From: Sneathiella sp.
GTDB taxonomy: Bacteria > Pseudomonadota > Alphaproteobacteria > Sneathiellales > Sneathiellaceae
DNA length: 64,000 bases
Reading direction: 5' to 3'
Assembly (NCBI GenBank): GCA_036960695.1
Contig: JBALXM010000002.1
Coordinates: 32,642-96,641 of the forward strand
Position numbers and translations under genes: made by a program. The notes under the pieces were generated by a model. That model saw nothing but the letters and a program-made list of their open reading frames with translations, was not told where the DNA came from and did no database searches. Shown in pieces: positions 17,650-27,864 of this stretch (the first letter of the stretch is position 1; every line of letters begins with the position of its first letter).

Positions 17650-18216
17650 ATGACATTGCAACACACTCTTAACGGAAAAAAAATCGCTATTCTTGTGGCT
17701 AATGGGTTTGAAGAATCCCACATGACAGGTCTGCATAAGCCACTCGTGGAAACCGGGGCTGACGTTAAGATTGTCTCTCCTGAAAAAGGTGTTGTTAATA
17801 GCTGGCACGATAAGAGCTGGGGTCACTTTTTCCCTGCGAACGCTCATCTGCCTACTTCCATGTCTCATCATTTTGATGGCGTTATTATTCCCGGTGGCAT
17901 CCGCCATATTACCCGGTTGAGCAGTAACCCGCAAACAGCGCGTTTCTTACGCGGTTTCATGGAAGACAATAAACCGATAGCGCTTTTTGATGACGCAGTT
18001 CTTGTTTTGGCTGAATGTGGCTTGATTGAAGGTCGCAAAGTTGTCTCATCTGAAGAGGCCAAAGTTAAACTTGACGAAAAAGAAGCGGAACATCAGGAAG
18101 GCGATTTGTTTGTTGATGATATGCTTGTCACTGCAAATAACGCAATCGAGCCATTGGTCATGAAGTTTGTAGAAAACGTCCAAAATTATGTACCTGAAGC
18201 ATGGGAAGCCGCTTAA
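17650..18216 (+). CDS. DJ-1/PfpI-family protein lacking the nucleophile Cys
   Basis: KKIAILVANGFEE, DGVIIPGG, then KPIALFDDA where the family has KPVAAICHG. Confidence 0.8.
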   Translation: MTLQHTLNGKKIAILVANGFEESHMTGLHKPLVETGADVKIVSPEKGVVNSWHDKSWGHFFPANAHLPTSMSHHFDGVIIPGGIRHITRLSSNPQTARFLRGFMEDNKPIALFDDAVLVLAECGLIEGRKVVSSEEAKVKLDEKEAEHQEGDLFVDDMLVTANNAIEPLVMKFVENVQNYVPEAWEAA

Positions 18217-18249
18217 CCCTATTCTTACCGGTAAAAATGTACTACCTTT

Positions 18250-18281
18250 AAAGCACCTCCCGCATGGGGGGTGTTTTTTTT
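18250..18281 (+). terminator. Rho-independent terminator
   Basis: AAAGCACCTCCC-GCAT-GGGGGGTGTTT plus a T-tract. Confidence 0.75.
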
Positions 18282-18320
18282 ATGGTTTTTCGCGTTCTCT
18301 ATATTTGGTTTTCATAGATT

Positions 18321-18336
18321 GTTAACCTTTGGGTAA
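18321..18336. promoter_or_regulatory. Near-consensus CtrA box upstream of flgB
   Basis: GTTAA-CCTTTGG-GTAA, one mismatch to TTAA-N7-TTAA, ~47 bp before the flgB ATG. Confidence 0.55.
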
Positions 18337-18382
18337 TAAAGTAAGAGAAGACCAATTTGTGAAGAGTAGAGTGGGCTTTTAA

Positions 18383-18781
18383 ATGAGTTTGCAGGACATA
18401 CCCTTATTTGCAGCTTTGACGGAACGGATGAAATGGTTGTCCTCCCGGCAAAAAGTGCTGTCGCAAAACATATCCAATGCGGATACACCGGGCTATGCAG
18501 CCCGTGATTTGAAGCCGCAGAATTTTAAGGATATGGTTGCGCGCCCGAGCGAGGCCTCGGCTCAACTCACAAGTACAAATGTTAAACATATACAAGCTGC
18601 TGATAAGTCAGAATTTCGGACGAAAACTGTTAAAGAACCTTACGAGATAACGCCCACAGGGAACGGTGTCGTTCTTGAAGAGCAAATGATGCACTTGGCA
18701 GATACACAAATTCAATACCAAATGACCACATCTTTATATAAGAAACATCTCAGCATGCTTAAGGCTGCACTGGGTCGATAA
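18383..18781 (+). CDS. flgB: Flagellar basal-body rod protein FlgB
   Basis: RQKVLSQNISNADTPGY.ARD and GNGVVLEEQM motifs. Confidence 0.95.
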   Translation: MSLQDIPLFAALTERMKWLSSRQKVLSQNISNADTPGYAARDLKPQNFKDMVARPSEASAQLTSTNVKHIQAADKSEFRTKTVKEPYEITPTGNGVVLEEQMMHLADTQIQYQMTTSLYKKHLSMLKAALGR

Positions 18782-18799
18782 TAGTCTGGAGACAATTAA

Positions 18800-19207
18800 G
18801 TGGATTTATTAAAATCAATGGCTATTTCCGCTTCGGGTATGAAAGCCCAAGGTGAACGTATGCGGGTTATTTCTGAAAACCTAGCCAATAAAGATAGTGT
18901 TGGCCGGACCGCAAATGAAGACCCATATCGGCGTAAAATGGTAACATTCAAAAATGTGTTGGACAAAAGCACGGATGCGAGACAGGTCATTGTCGATAAG
19001 GTTATTGAAGATAAAACAGCTTTTGGGTTGAAATTTGACCCAAGTCATCCAGCGGCTAACGAAGACGGTTATGTTAAAGTGCCGAACGTGAATGCTCTGG
19101 TTGAAATGATGGATATGAAAGAAACGCAACGATCCTATCAAGCAAATCTTGGGGTTATTGATGCTTCCAAGAAAATGATTATGCAAACATTGGATATATT
19201 GCGTTAG
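18800..19207 (+). CDS. flgC: Flagellar basal-body rod protein FlgC
   Basis: SASGMKAQGERMRVISENLAN, DPYRRK, DPSHPAANEDGYVKVPNVN. GTG start. Confidence 0.96.
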   Translation: MDLLKSMAISASGMKAQGERMRVISENLANKDSVGRTANEDPYRRKMVTFKNVLDKSTDARQVIVDKVIEDKTAFGLKFDPSHPAANEDGYVKVPNVNALVEMMDMKETQRSYQANLGVIDASKKMIMQTLDILR

Positions 19208-19245
19208 GGCACTGCCCTGATATTAGGAATACGGAGTAAAATACT

Positions 19246-19575
19246 ATGGCCGTTACAAATTTATCATCCGCTGCCCAAGCTTATACTAAAGCGCTTGGCA
19301 ATGCCGTCGATGTCAAAGGCTCGGGCACGGCCGTTGGTGTGGATGACGTAAATTCAGGTCCAAGTTTTTCTGAGCTTGTTAAAGAAGCTGGAAAAAATGC
19401 AATTGATGATGGGCGTAACGCAGAAACTGTCAGTTTGCAGTCGTTGACTGGTGATACGGGGCTTGCAGAGATTGTAACAGCCGTAAGTAGTGCGGAAATG
19501 ACCCTGGAAACTGTCGTTTCAGTACGCGATCGCGTGATTCAGGCTTACCAAGACATCATAAAAATGCCAATCTAG
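19246..19575 (+). CDS. fliE: Flagellar hook-basal body protein FliE
   Basis: SFSELV...VSVRDRVIQAYQDIIKMPI. Confidence 0.95.
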   Translation: MAVTNLSSAAQAYTKALGNAVDVKGSGTAVGVDDVNSGPSFSELVKEAGKNAIDDGRNAETVSLQSLTGDTGLAEIVTAVSSAEMTLETVVSVRDRVIQAYQDIIKMPI

Positions 19576-19611
19576 GCCCTTGTTAATATTTAAGGGCGCG
19601 AGGTTCACGGA

Positions 19612-19875
19612 ATGACACCTGTTGATGTTGTTGACGTCATGCGGGAAGCAATTTGGGTTTTGTTGATAGTTGCATCGCCCATCATGTTGGTGGCGCTTGG
19701 TGTTGGCCTCGTCGTTGCCCTGTTTCAAGCCTTAACCCAAATTCAGGAAATGACGCTCGCATTCGTTCCGAAAATTCTAGCAATTTTCTTGTCTTTGATT
19801 GTTGCTTTTCCTTTCATGATTTCCTCAATGATCGATTTGATGGAACAAATAACCCAACGCATTGCCGCGCTTTAA
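19612..19875 (+). CDS. fliQ: Flagellar export protein FliQ
   Basis: ALFQALTQIQEMTLAFVPKI. Confidence 0.96.
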   Translation: MTPVDVVDVMREAIWVLLIVASPIMLVALGVGLVVALFQALTQIQEMTLAFVPKILAIFLSLIVAFPFMISSMIDLMEQITQRIAAL

Positions 19876-19887
19876 TGCAGGTCCTAA

Positions 19888-20649
19888 ATGTTAGATGAAT
19901 TCCTCACTGTTAACATTTTTGCCTTCTTGCTGGTTTTTGCACGTCTTGGTGCTGCTTTTATGGTGGTTCCGGGCTTTGGCGAAGGGTTTGTCAATGCGCG
20001 GGTGCGATTAACAATTGCCTTGTCTGTCACATTCCTTGTAACGCAATTTGTCGCTGAAGGACTACCGCCTCAACCTGTCTCTGTTATAGAATTGTTCCTG
20101 CTTCTCGCCGGGGAGACGATGATCGGTTTGATCATGGGAGGCGCGCTCCGCTTTGCCATTAGCGGATTGCATGTGGGCGGTACTATTATTGCTCAACAAT
20201 CTGGTTTGGCTGCGGCACAGTTTTTCGACCCTTCTCAAATGACGCAAGGGGCCGTCACCAGTAGTTTTCTGACTTTGGCCGGCTTGACAATGATCTTTGT
20301 CACCGATTTGCATCATCTCTTTTTACAAGGAACCTATGCCAGTTATACTTTGTTTCCTGCCGGTGAATTGCCACCTTTTGGGGATATTGCCTTTTTGGTC
20401 ACTGACTTTTTGGCAGGCAGTTTTAAGCTCGGCTTCCAGATCTCCGCTCCCTTTCTGGTCTACGGCCTCACTTTTTATATTGGTGTTGGTCTTATCAATC
20501 GGTTGATGCCACAAGTTCAAATTTTCTTTGTTGCCATGCCCCTACAATTGGCCCTTGGTTTTGCTGTTTTTGCGATGACAGCAGGGGCAAGCGTTATGTG
20601 GTTTATCGCCTATTACGAAGAACTCCTTATCCGTTTTTTAGGAGAATGA
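19888..20649 (+). CDS. fliR: Flagellar export protein FliR
   Basis: FARLGAAFMVVPGFG, RLMPQVQIFFVAMP. Confidence 0.95.
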   Translation: MLDEFLTVNIFAFLLVFARLGAAFMVVPGFGEGFVNARVRLTIALSVTFLVTQFVAEGLPPQPVSVIELFLLLAGETMIGLIMGGALRFAISGLHVGGTIIAQQSGLAAAQFFDPSQMTQGAVTSSFLTLAGLTMIFVTDLHHLFLQGTYASYTLFPAGELPPFGDIAFLVTDFLAGSFKLGFQISAPFLVYGLTFYIGVGLINRLMPQVQIFFVAMPLQLALGFAVFAMTAGASVMWFIAYYEELLIRFLGE

Positions 20650-20653
20650 TGTA

Positions 20654-21721
20654 ATGGCTGATGATCAAGATGATGCACAGAAAACCGAGGAACCGACCCC
20701 GAAGAAACTCGAGGACTCCCATAAAAAAGGACAAGTCGCCAAATCACAAGAAGTAGGGCATTGGTTTATGACCATGGGGATTACCTTGGTCGTTTTGTTC
20801 TTTATCGGTGGGCTGGGAAGCGCTTTAACTGTTGATCTTTATAAGTTTATTGAACAGCCACATGCAATTTCTGTCGAACCGTTTCATTTGCGGCAGGTCT
20901 TTGCCGATTTGGGATGGGAAGTTGTCTCTGTAGTCGCAACTGTGCTGGGCATATTGATGTTTGCTGGTGTATCGGGAACGCTTATTCAACATAAGCCCGT
21001 CCTCTCTGCTGATCGGATTAAACCCAAGCTCAGCAAGCTCTCTCTTTTTGCTGGCTTCAAAAGAATGTTTTCATCCAAATCATTGGTTGAATTCTTAAAA
21101 GGTATTTTGAAACTCCTTCTTGTGGGAGGCATAGCCTTTCTTCTTGTTGCCCCGGAAATGGAAGAGATACCCATACTCATGACATATGATGTGATGGGGG
21201 TTTTAGATCTTTTGCAACGGCAGGTTTTAAGTCTCCTGATGGGGGTTGCTATTGTGATGGGCGTTATTGCGGGGGCCGATTTTATGTACCAACGCTATGC
21301 CCATAACAAAGAGCTGATGATGACAGTGCAGGAGATTAAGGACGAGAACAAGCAGTCTGAAGGTGATCCAATGATCAAGGCCAGATTACGTAATCTTCGA
21401 ATGCAAAGGTCCCGTCAACGGATGATGCAGGCAGTGCCTTCTGCTGATGTTATTATTACAAACCCAACCCACTATGCGATTGCTTTACGATACAAACAAG
21501 ATGAGGACACCGCTCCGATTGTACTGGCTAAAGGTATTGATAATATCGCCTTGAAAATCCGGGAAGTAGCCGCCGAAAATGACATACCAATCGTGGAAAA
21601 TCCGCCCCTTGCCCGCGCGCTGCATGCTGCGTGCGAATTGGAGCAGGAAATTCCCTATGAACATTTCCGTGCGGTCGCTGAAATTATCGGGTATGTGTTG
21701 AAATTGAAGAAAAACAAATAA
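20654..21721 (+). CDS. flhB: Flagellar export switch protein FlhB
   Basis: KTEEPTPKKL, EGDPMIKARLR, autocleavage motif NPTH. Confidence 0.97.
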   Translation: MADDQDDAQKTEEPTPKKLEDSHKKGQVAKSQEVGHWFMTMGITLVVLFFIGGLGSALTVDLYKFIEQPHAISVEPFHLRQVFADLGWEVVSVVATVLGILMFAGVSGTLIQHKPVLSADRIKPKLSKLSLFAGFKRMFSSKSLVEFLKGILKLLLVGGIAFLLVAPEMEEIPILMTYDVMGVLDLLQRQVLSLLMGVAIVMGVIAGADFMYQRYAHNKELMMTVQEIKDENKQSEGDPMIKARLRNLRMQRSRQRMMQAVPSADVIITNPTHYAIALRYKQDEDTAPIVLAKGIDNIALKIREVAAENDIPIVENPPLARALHAACELEQEIPYEHFRAVAEIIGYVLKLKKNK

Positions 21722-21736
21722 TAGGGAAAGTTCCAA

Positions 21737-24241
21737 ATGGAGCCGCTTTATAAGCCAGGGCGTGTACGCGATAGACGGTTTTTTCTAGGAGTGGATGCGC
21801 GCCAATTGGCTGCAGCATACTTCCTTGTAGCAACCTTGATTATTATTGCTGCGATTTTAGGGCAAGAACTTAGTTTTTTAAACTTGGTAATTTTGAGCAT
21901 AATGGTCCTCGCCGCGATGGGGATTGGGCTTTGGTATCTAATTTTCTATGGTTTGAGGCGCGCCGCTTCTGGTGATTTTGATCTGATTGCAGAATTTGTG
22001 ACTGCAAGTCCAGAAGGGCGGCTTGTCACCACTAGGGACGGCGAATTTGTTTTAGCAAATGACGCTTATTTCGATGTTCTTCGATTGGATAAAAATAACG
22101 GCAACAAAACACTGCTTGAAGTGATGGAAGGGAATTTTACGGCCCGAGAACAGCTGAAGTCTTTAAAAAATTCAGCGATCAAAGGAGAAGAGAGATCCAT
22201 TCGCGTTGAAATGAAAACGGTGGAAGGCTACTGGCTGGCTGTTCTTGCACATCCAATTCAGGCTATACCAGATTGCATTATTTGGTATGTGGCCGAGACA
22301 ACTACCCAGCATAAGATTGAAGAAGTCGAGCGAAGTGAGCGGGAAAAACTCTCTGAGTATTTCAACAATGCACCTGTTGGTTTTTATTCCTTAGACGAGC
22401 GGGGGCGCATTCAGTTTGTAAACCGGATTTTAGCGGACTGGCTTGGCTATCACCAACGTGAACTTTCTGAAGGCAGTATTGCTTTCTCGGACCTTATTCA
22501 AAAAGGCGATGATCGTCAGTTAAGTTTGATGGATAACCTTGCGGATAAAGGCCACCGATATGAAGGGGAGCTACAACTGCGCCGCCGTGATGGGACGGTG
22601 TTGCCTGTTCAGATTACACAAACTTTGGCGCGGGACGAGAGCGGTAAGGTCATTGGATCTCGCAGCGTGGTTCGTGAAATGCTTCAAGAGCAGCTCTGGC
22701 GGGAGCGGGTTGAAAGTGCAGAGCTTCATTTCCGTCGTTTCTTTGAGGCGGCCCCCATTGGAATTGTTCTACTTGATGACAAGGGTACTGTTGTTGAAGG
22801 AAATCCAGCGTTTCGGGTAATGACAGATACTGTTGTTGATAATGTCATTGGTGCTCATGTAGCAGAGTTGGTGGTTGAGGCTGACCGGCAGATACTGATC
22901 GACAAAATTGCAGAGGTGAGTGCCAGCGATTTAGCGCCCACTCCGATTGAAATGAAACTCAATGGTGATGATCGCGCCGCCAATTTTTATATTAGCGCTG
23001 TCACAGGCGGGGAGAGCAGCGCTGAAAGCTTGTTGATACATATTATCGACACGTCTGCGCAGCGCCTACTGGAAATTCAATTTGCGCAAAGTCAGAAAAT
23101 GCAGGCAGTCGGGCAACTTGCCGGCGGTATTGCTCATGACTTTAATAATCTTCTTACCGCAATGATTGGATTTAGTGATTTGTTATTGCTCCGTCATCAG
23201 GTGGGGGATCAGTCTTATTCAGATATCAACCAGATCAAACAAAATGCAAATCGCGCCGCAGGACTCGTGCGTCAATTGCTCGCCTTTTCCCGCCAGCAGA
23301 CTTTGCGTCCTAAGGTAACGGATTTAACGGATGTACTGGCGGAGCTTTCCAACTTGCTACGACGACTTATTGGTGAGGCAATTGAGCTTGAGATTAAACA
23401 TGCCCGCGATTTGTGGCTTGTAAAGGTAGACCAAAGTCAATTCGAACAAGTGGTCATAAATCTTGCCGTGAATGCCAGAGATGCCATGACGGGGGAAGGT
23501 AAGTTGTCCTTCCGCACAGAAAACTACTATGTTCGGGTTCGCGGAAAAGATGCTCATGAATTGGTGCCTGTAGGCGAGTATATCAAGATGAGTGTTATCG
23601 ATACAGGAACAGGTATTCCTCTCGATGTTTTAGCGAAAATTTTCGATCCCTTCTTTACAACTAAAAAAGTAGGAGAGGGAACCGGGCTTGGGCTCAGTAC
23701 TGTCTATGGTATTATCAAGCAGACCGGCGGTTTCATTTTTGCGGAGAATAACGAGGGCGGAGGGACGACCTTTAACATCTTCTTGCCAAGACACAGTGAT
23801 ATGTCACCTGTTATAGAAACGGTGGTAGAAACACCTCAACGGGTGCATAAAGATTTGTCCGGTGTGGGGACAATTCTGCTGGTTGAGGATGAAGATCCAG
23901 TGAGGCTGTTTGCAGCCCGTGCCTTGCAGAATAAAGGCTATGAAGTCTTGCAAGCTGATTGTGGTGAGACGGCTTTGGAGCTGGTAGCAAAATATGAAGG
24001 CCCAATTGACCTTCTTATAACAGATGTTGTTATGCCTAGCATGGACGGACCCACGTTGGTTAAGAATATTAGGCAAGAAATGCCAAATTTGAAGATCATC
24101 TTTATCTCAGGTTACGCAGAAGATGCTTTTCGGAAAGATCACGATTTTGATATTGATACAATTGAATTTCTACCAAAACCATTCTCGCTAAAGGAAATTG
24201 CCGAAAAGGTAAAAGAAGTCATGCTTGATGAGGATGCTTAA
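21737..24241 (+). CDS. cckA: Hybrid PAS-histidine kinase-receiver CckA
   Basis: 2 TM, PAS repeats, QSQKMQAVGQLAGGIAHDFNNLL H-box, GTGLGLS, C-terminal receiver domain; conserved position after flhB. Confidence 0.92.
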   Translation: MEPLYKPGRVRDRRFFLGVDARQLAAAYFLVATLIIIAAILGQELSFLNLVILSIMVLAAMGIGLWYLIFYGLRRAASGDFDLIAEFVTASPEGRLVTTRDGEFVLANDAYFDVLRLDKNNGNKTLLEVMEGNFTAREQLKSLKNSAIKGEERSIRVEMKTVEGYWLAVLAHPIQAIPDCIIWYVAETTTQHKIEEVERSEREKLSEYFNNAPVGFYSLDERGRIQFVNRILADWLGYHQRELSEGSIAFSDLIQKGDDRQLSLMDNLADKGHRYEGELQLRRRDGTVLPVQITQTLARDESGKVIGSRSVVREMLQEQLWRERVESAELHFRRFFEAAPIGIVLLDDKGTVVEGNPAFRVMTDTVVDNVIGAHVAELVVEADRQILIDKIAEVSASDLAPTPIEMKLNGDDRAANFYISAVTGGESSAESLLIHIIDTSAQRLLEIQFAQSQKMQAVGQLAGGIAHDFNNLLTAMIGFSDLLLLRHQVGDQSYSDINQIKQNANRAAGLVRQLLAFSRQQTLRPKVTDLTDVLAELSNLLRRLIGEAIELEIKHARDLWLVKVDQSQFEQVVINLAVNARDAMTGEGKLSFRTENYYVRVRGKDAHELVPVGEYIKMSVIDTGTGIPLDVLAKIFDPFFTTKKVGEGTGLGLSTVYGIIKQTGGFIFAENNEGGGTTFNIFLPRHSDMSPVIETVVETPQRVHKDLSGVGTILLVEDEDPVRLFAARALQNKGYEVLQADCGETALELVAKYEGPIDLLITDVVMPSMDGPTLVKNIRQEMPNLKIIFISGYAEDAFRKDHDFDIDTIEFLPKPFSLKEIAEKVKEVMLDEDA

Positions 24242-24260
24242 ATTGGGGTCTTCAAAGGGT

Positions 24261-24303
24261 GATTCCGACGAATCGCGTTAACCCCAAAATCACGAATCGA
24301 TTC
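24261..24303. promoter_or_regulatory. Cluster of four GANTC (CcrM methylation) sites
   Basis: GATTC 24261, GAATC 24270, GAATC 24294, GATTC 24299. Confidence 0.6.
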
Positions 24304-24312
24304 ATCTTTTGA

Positions 24313-24393
24313 GAACAAAAGAAAAACAAAAATTATTTTCTCTTTAATTTCAATGATTTAAAAAAAAGTTGCCAATGAGAACAAAACATGTAC
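24313..24393 (+). promoter_or_regulatory. Alphaproteobacterial LexA (SOS) boxes upstream of recA
   Basis: GAAC-AAAAGAA-AAAC at 24313-24327 and GAAC-AAAACAT-GTAC at 24379-24393, against the consensus GAAC-N7-GAAC. Confidence 0.75.
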
Positions 24394-24442
24394 ATTGCCC
24401 TTATTGCATCCTAGTCGGACCTATGAAATAAGTGGGGTACAG

Positions 24443-25501
24443 ATGGTACAAACAGCATTAAAACTCGTCGAAGCAGGTAGCATGGATAAGAAAAAAGCGT
24501 TAGAAGCGGCGATGAGCCAGATCGACAGGGCCTTTGGTAAAGGTTCTGTGATGAAACTGGGTCAGCAAGAATCCCTAGATATAGAAGCGATTTCTACAGG
24601 GTCTCTTGGACTTGATATTGGTCTTGGAATTGGCGGGTTGCCAAAAGGCCGTATTGTTGAAATATACGGGCCAGAAAGCTCAGGCAAGACCACATTGGCG
24701 CTTCATGTCGTGGCCGAAGCTCAGAAAAACGGAGGAACGTGTGCCTTTGTTGATGCAGAGCATGCCCTTGATCCTGTTTATGCTGGCAAGCTCGGCGTCG
24801 ATATTGACGAGCTATTGATCTCACAACCTGATACCGGTGAGCAATCATTGGAGATTGCCGATACATTGGTTCGCTCCGGTGCCATTGACGTTCTTGTGAT
24901 TGATAGTGTCGCAGCGTTGGTACCACAAGCGGAACTGGAAGGAGAGATGGGGGATACCCATGTTGGTCTTCAGGCCCGTCTTATGAGCCAAGCACTGCGC
25001 AAACTGACCGGATCAATTTCCCGCTCGAAATGCATGGTTATTTTCATCAATCAGATCAGAATGAAGATCGGTGTGATGTTTGGTAGCCCAGAGACTACAT
25101 CAGGCGGTAACGCCCTTAAATTTTACGCTTCAGTTCGGCTTGATATTCGTCGTATTGGTCAAGTTAAGATCAAGGATGATATTGTGGGTAACCAAACTCG
25201 CGTGAAAGTCGTTAAAAATAAGGTGGCGCCACCCTTTAAGGTTATTGAATTCGACATCATGTATGGCGAAGGCATTTCCAAAATGGGCGAAATCCTTGAT
25301 CTTGGTGTTAAGGCGGAAATCGTCGAGAAATCGGGATCTTGGTATTCCTATGATAGTCAACGTATCGGACAGGGCAGAGAGCAGGCAAAAGTCTTTTTGC
25401 GTGAAAACCCCGATATGGCGAACGCAATTGAGAAGAAAATTCGGATCAATGCGGGCATCATTTCTGACGCTTTGCAAGGAACGCCTGAAGCAGATGCCTA
25501 A
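24443..25501 (+). CDS. recA: Recombinase RecA
   Basis: [16 protein letters not shown] Walker A; [20 protein letters not shown]. Start ATG 24443 (or 24482). Confidence 0.99.
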   Translation: MVQTALKLVEAGSMDKKKALEAAMSQIDRAFGKGSVMKLGQQESLDIEAISTGSLGLDIGLGIGGLPKGRIVEIYGPESSGKTTLALHVVAEAQKNGGTCAFVDAEHALDPVYAGKLGVDIDELLISQPDTGEQSLEIADTLVRSGAIDVLVIDSVAALVPQAELEGEMGDTHVGLQARLMSQALRKLTGSISRSKCMVIFINQIRMKIGVMFGSPETTSGGNALKFYASVRLDIRRIGQVKIKDDIVGNQTRVKVVKNKVAPPFKVIEFDIMYGEGISKMGEILDLGVKAEIVEKSGSWYSYDSQRIGQGREQAKVFLRENPDMANAIEKKIRINAGIISDALQGTPEADA

Positions 25502-25535
25502 AGCATTTCACTGATGAGTTAATTCCTATTTTAAG

Positions 25536-25573
25536 AAGGCTTGCACTATGAATGTAGTGCAGGCCTTTTTTTT
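25536..25573 (+). terminator. Rho-independent terminator after recA
   Basis: AAGGCTTGCACTA-TGAATG-TAGTGCAGGCCTT plus a T-tract. Confidence 0.85.
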
Positions 25574-25640
25574 GGATTTTTCTTATGAATACTTTTCGTG
25601 ATAGTGTTCATTTAATAAAAATTAAAAATAAGGAGCATGG

Positions 25641-26057
25641 GTGATGGATCGACAAACAAATATTTCTGACTTGGTCGGGACTTGGAACCTCATTAACTGG
25701 CAGTCATTAAGGAACGGGGAATTTTTCTCGTACCCCATGGGAGAAGATGTCTGCGGCCAGCTGATTTATACTGAAGAGGGGCGTATGTCAGGCTTTTTAA
25801 TGCGTGCAGATTTTGGATCTGAAACGCCTGGCAGTGATACTCAAGCTAAAAAATGCCTATCCTATGCAGGAACATATTCAATTGATGGTGCGGATGTCTC
25901 TCATCAGGTATTGCTATCAACTATTCCTGAATGGATCGGAACACCGCTTGTTCGAACTATGGTCTGGCAAGGGGAACATCTGCTTCTAAAGACAGATCCA
26001 AATAGAAGTCATGATGGCAATGATTATCAAAATGAACTCCTTTGGGAGAGGTTGTAA
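25641..26057 (+). CDS. Lipocalin-like domain protein
   Basis: LVGTWNLINW...YPMGE...GQLIYT.EGRMS, SYAGTYSIDG, LLWERL. Confidence 0.8.
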   Translation: MMDRQTNISDLVGTWNLINWQSLRNGEFFSYPMGEDVCGQLIYTEEGRMSGFLMRADFGSETPGSDTQAKKCLSYAGTYSIDGADVSHQVLLSTIPEWIGTPLVRTMVWQGEHLLLKTDPNRSHDGNDYQNELLWERL

Positions 26058-26138
26058 CTCTGTCTTGGGATAATTTGGTTTAGATTGAATACCCTGAAGT
26101 TTGAAGCTGTAAGCGATCTAAAATCTTACTTCAGGGGC

Positions 26139-27116
26139 TTAATGTCGAGGTTGAGCCCGTAATTTCTTTTTTTCATACATTAATATATCCGCAGCTTTTA
26201 GTAGGTTTTCAATTGAAGAAGGGCGATCCTGCTCAACGGCTACAATACCTTCACTAAAATGGATCTGCCATTTATGTTCATGGGACTGATTAATTTTACC
26301 TAGTGACTGGCGAAACCTTTCGACAGTCTGTTTGGCAACCTCAAGCGAAGAGCTTGTCAGGAACACAACGAATTCATCGCCGCCAAGGCGCCCTAGAACA
26401 TCAGTTGTGCGAAAGACGTTCTTCATTGTATTGGCGAATGTGATAAGGGTTTTGTCGCCTTCTTCATGGCCAAAGCTGTCATTAATTTGTTTAAATTTGT
26501 CCAAATCAAAATATGCCAATGATGCTGAGATATTTTCACGGCGGCAGATGTTTAAACTATTTTGGGCTTGAGAAATGAAGCCACGGCGATTGTATATTTT
26601 TGTTAGGTCATCTTGGGTAGCAAGTTGAATTGCTATTAATTCTCCTTCAACAAGAGCCGCTAAATCCTTTAAAGTTTTAAGGTCTTCATCATCAAAATTT
26701 CGTACTTTGGTATCCATAATACATAAAGCACCCAAGCTGCTACCATCAAAGTGGTGCAAGGGGCATCCTGCATAAAAACGTATCTCGGGACCACCTGTGA
26801 CGAGGGGATTATTGGCAAAATGTCTGTCTTTTTTTGTGTCTGGAATGACAAGTATTTTTTCATTGAGAATTGTATGTGCGCAAAAAGATATGTCTCGTGG
26901 GGTTTCCGTTATTTTGACACCAACTTTAGATTTAAAAAATTGCCGCTCTGAATCTATAAGGCTCATAATTGCGATTGGAACATTAAACATTCGTTTAGCA
27001 AGTCTTGTCAGCCTATCAAATCGTTCTTCAGGCGGCGTATCCAAAATATTCAAGGACTGAAGACTTTTTAGTCGGTGATCTTCATCTTCTGGAATGTGGG
27101 GCTTTATCATTTGCAC
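26139..27116 (-). CDS. GAF-GGDEF diguanylate cyclase
   Basis: GAF domain (LNILDTPPEERFDRLT, RFYAGCPL) plus RxxD I-site (RTTD) and an intact GGDEF. Confidence 0.93.
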   Translation of the reverse strand: MQMIKPHIPEDEDHRLKSLQSLNILDTPPEERFDRLTRLAKRMFNVPIAIMSLIDSERQFFKSKVGVKITETPRDISFCAHTILNEKILVIPDTKKDRHFANNPLVTGGPEIRFYAGCPLHHFDGSSLGALCIMDTKVRNFDDEDLKTLKDLAALVEGELIAIQLATQDDLTKIYNRRGFISQAQNSLNICRRENISASLAYFDLDKFKQINDSFGHEEGDKTLITFANTMKNVFRTTDVLGRLGGDEFVVFLTSSSLEVAKQTVERFRQSLGKINQSHEHKWQIHFSEGIVAVEQDRPSSIENLLKAADILMYEKKKLRAQPRH

Positions 27117-27201
27117 TGTCTTTGCAGCAAAAAGTGGAAAGTCTATTTCTTAAGATGAAGCAATTAATCTGATTAACAAATTAAAATTTGAAATGAAGTT
27201 C

Positions 27202-27230
27202 AAAAATAAAGCGGCCGTGAAGCCGCTTTA
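27202..27230 (-). terminator. Rho-independent terminator
   Basis: TAAAGCGGC-N6-GCCGCTTTA, with an adjacent A-run on the plus strand. Confidence 0.7.
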
Positions 27231-27252
27231 TAATTTGATATTTCTCTAGCCA

Positions 27253-27864
27253 TTAAGCTTGAGCGGGAGAGCGTTTCCATTTCAAGAAGGCAAGACCTGC
27301 TAAGGCTGCACCAAAGAGTAGGATAGAAGGGGGAAGCGGAACCGCGCTAATAGAGCCTACTGATTCAAAGGAGAAATCACCATAGACAATGCCATTTTGA
27401 CCATGTTTTTTGGTCTTATCGTCAAAAAACAAGCTGGTAATATAACCGTAAGATGAGAAATCAAGGATGGTATTGGACTTGATGGCAATCATTCCAAGGA
27501 AAGTGTCGCCATTATAGGCGGAGACTTCTGCTTTATCCCCTTTTCCAACCACGAAGGACGCGAAAGAGAGGTTTTCTACCATTCCAGTAAAGGCGATTTC
27601 CATATCAAAAGCACAAGAGTTGCGGCTATCGTTTGAGCAAATTGCGCCGAGGTTATTGACCTCATCATATTGACCAGGAGGTCCGACATAAAATTCTTTG
27701 CCATCGGATGTGAGCGTGGCATTTGAAAGCTCAAGGATGTTTGAACCTGTATAGCCCAGTGGCGCCTGTGTGAAGTCAAGGGTATCGGCTAACGCTGGTG
27801 CGGAAATTCCAAGAACTAATACTGCAGACGAGACGAATTTAAGTAATCTAACACTAATATTCAT
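27253..27864 (-). CDS. Secreted VPLPA-CTERM (PEP-CTERM-type) surface protein
   Basis: Signal peptide ending APALA; C-terminus SAVPLPPSILLFGAALAGLAFLKWKR. Confidence 0.85.
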   Translation of the reverse strand: MNISVRLLKFVSSAVLVLGISAPALADTLDFTQAPLGYTGSNILELSNATLTSDGKEFYVGPPGQYDEVNNLGAICSNDSRNSCAFDMEIAFTGMVENLSFASFVVGKGDKAEVSAYNGDTFLGMIAIKSNTILDFSSYGYITSLFFDDKTKKHGQNGIVYGDFSFESVGSISAVPLPPSILLFGAALAGLAFLKWKRSPAQA

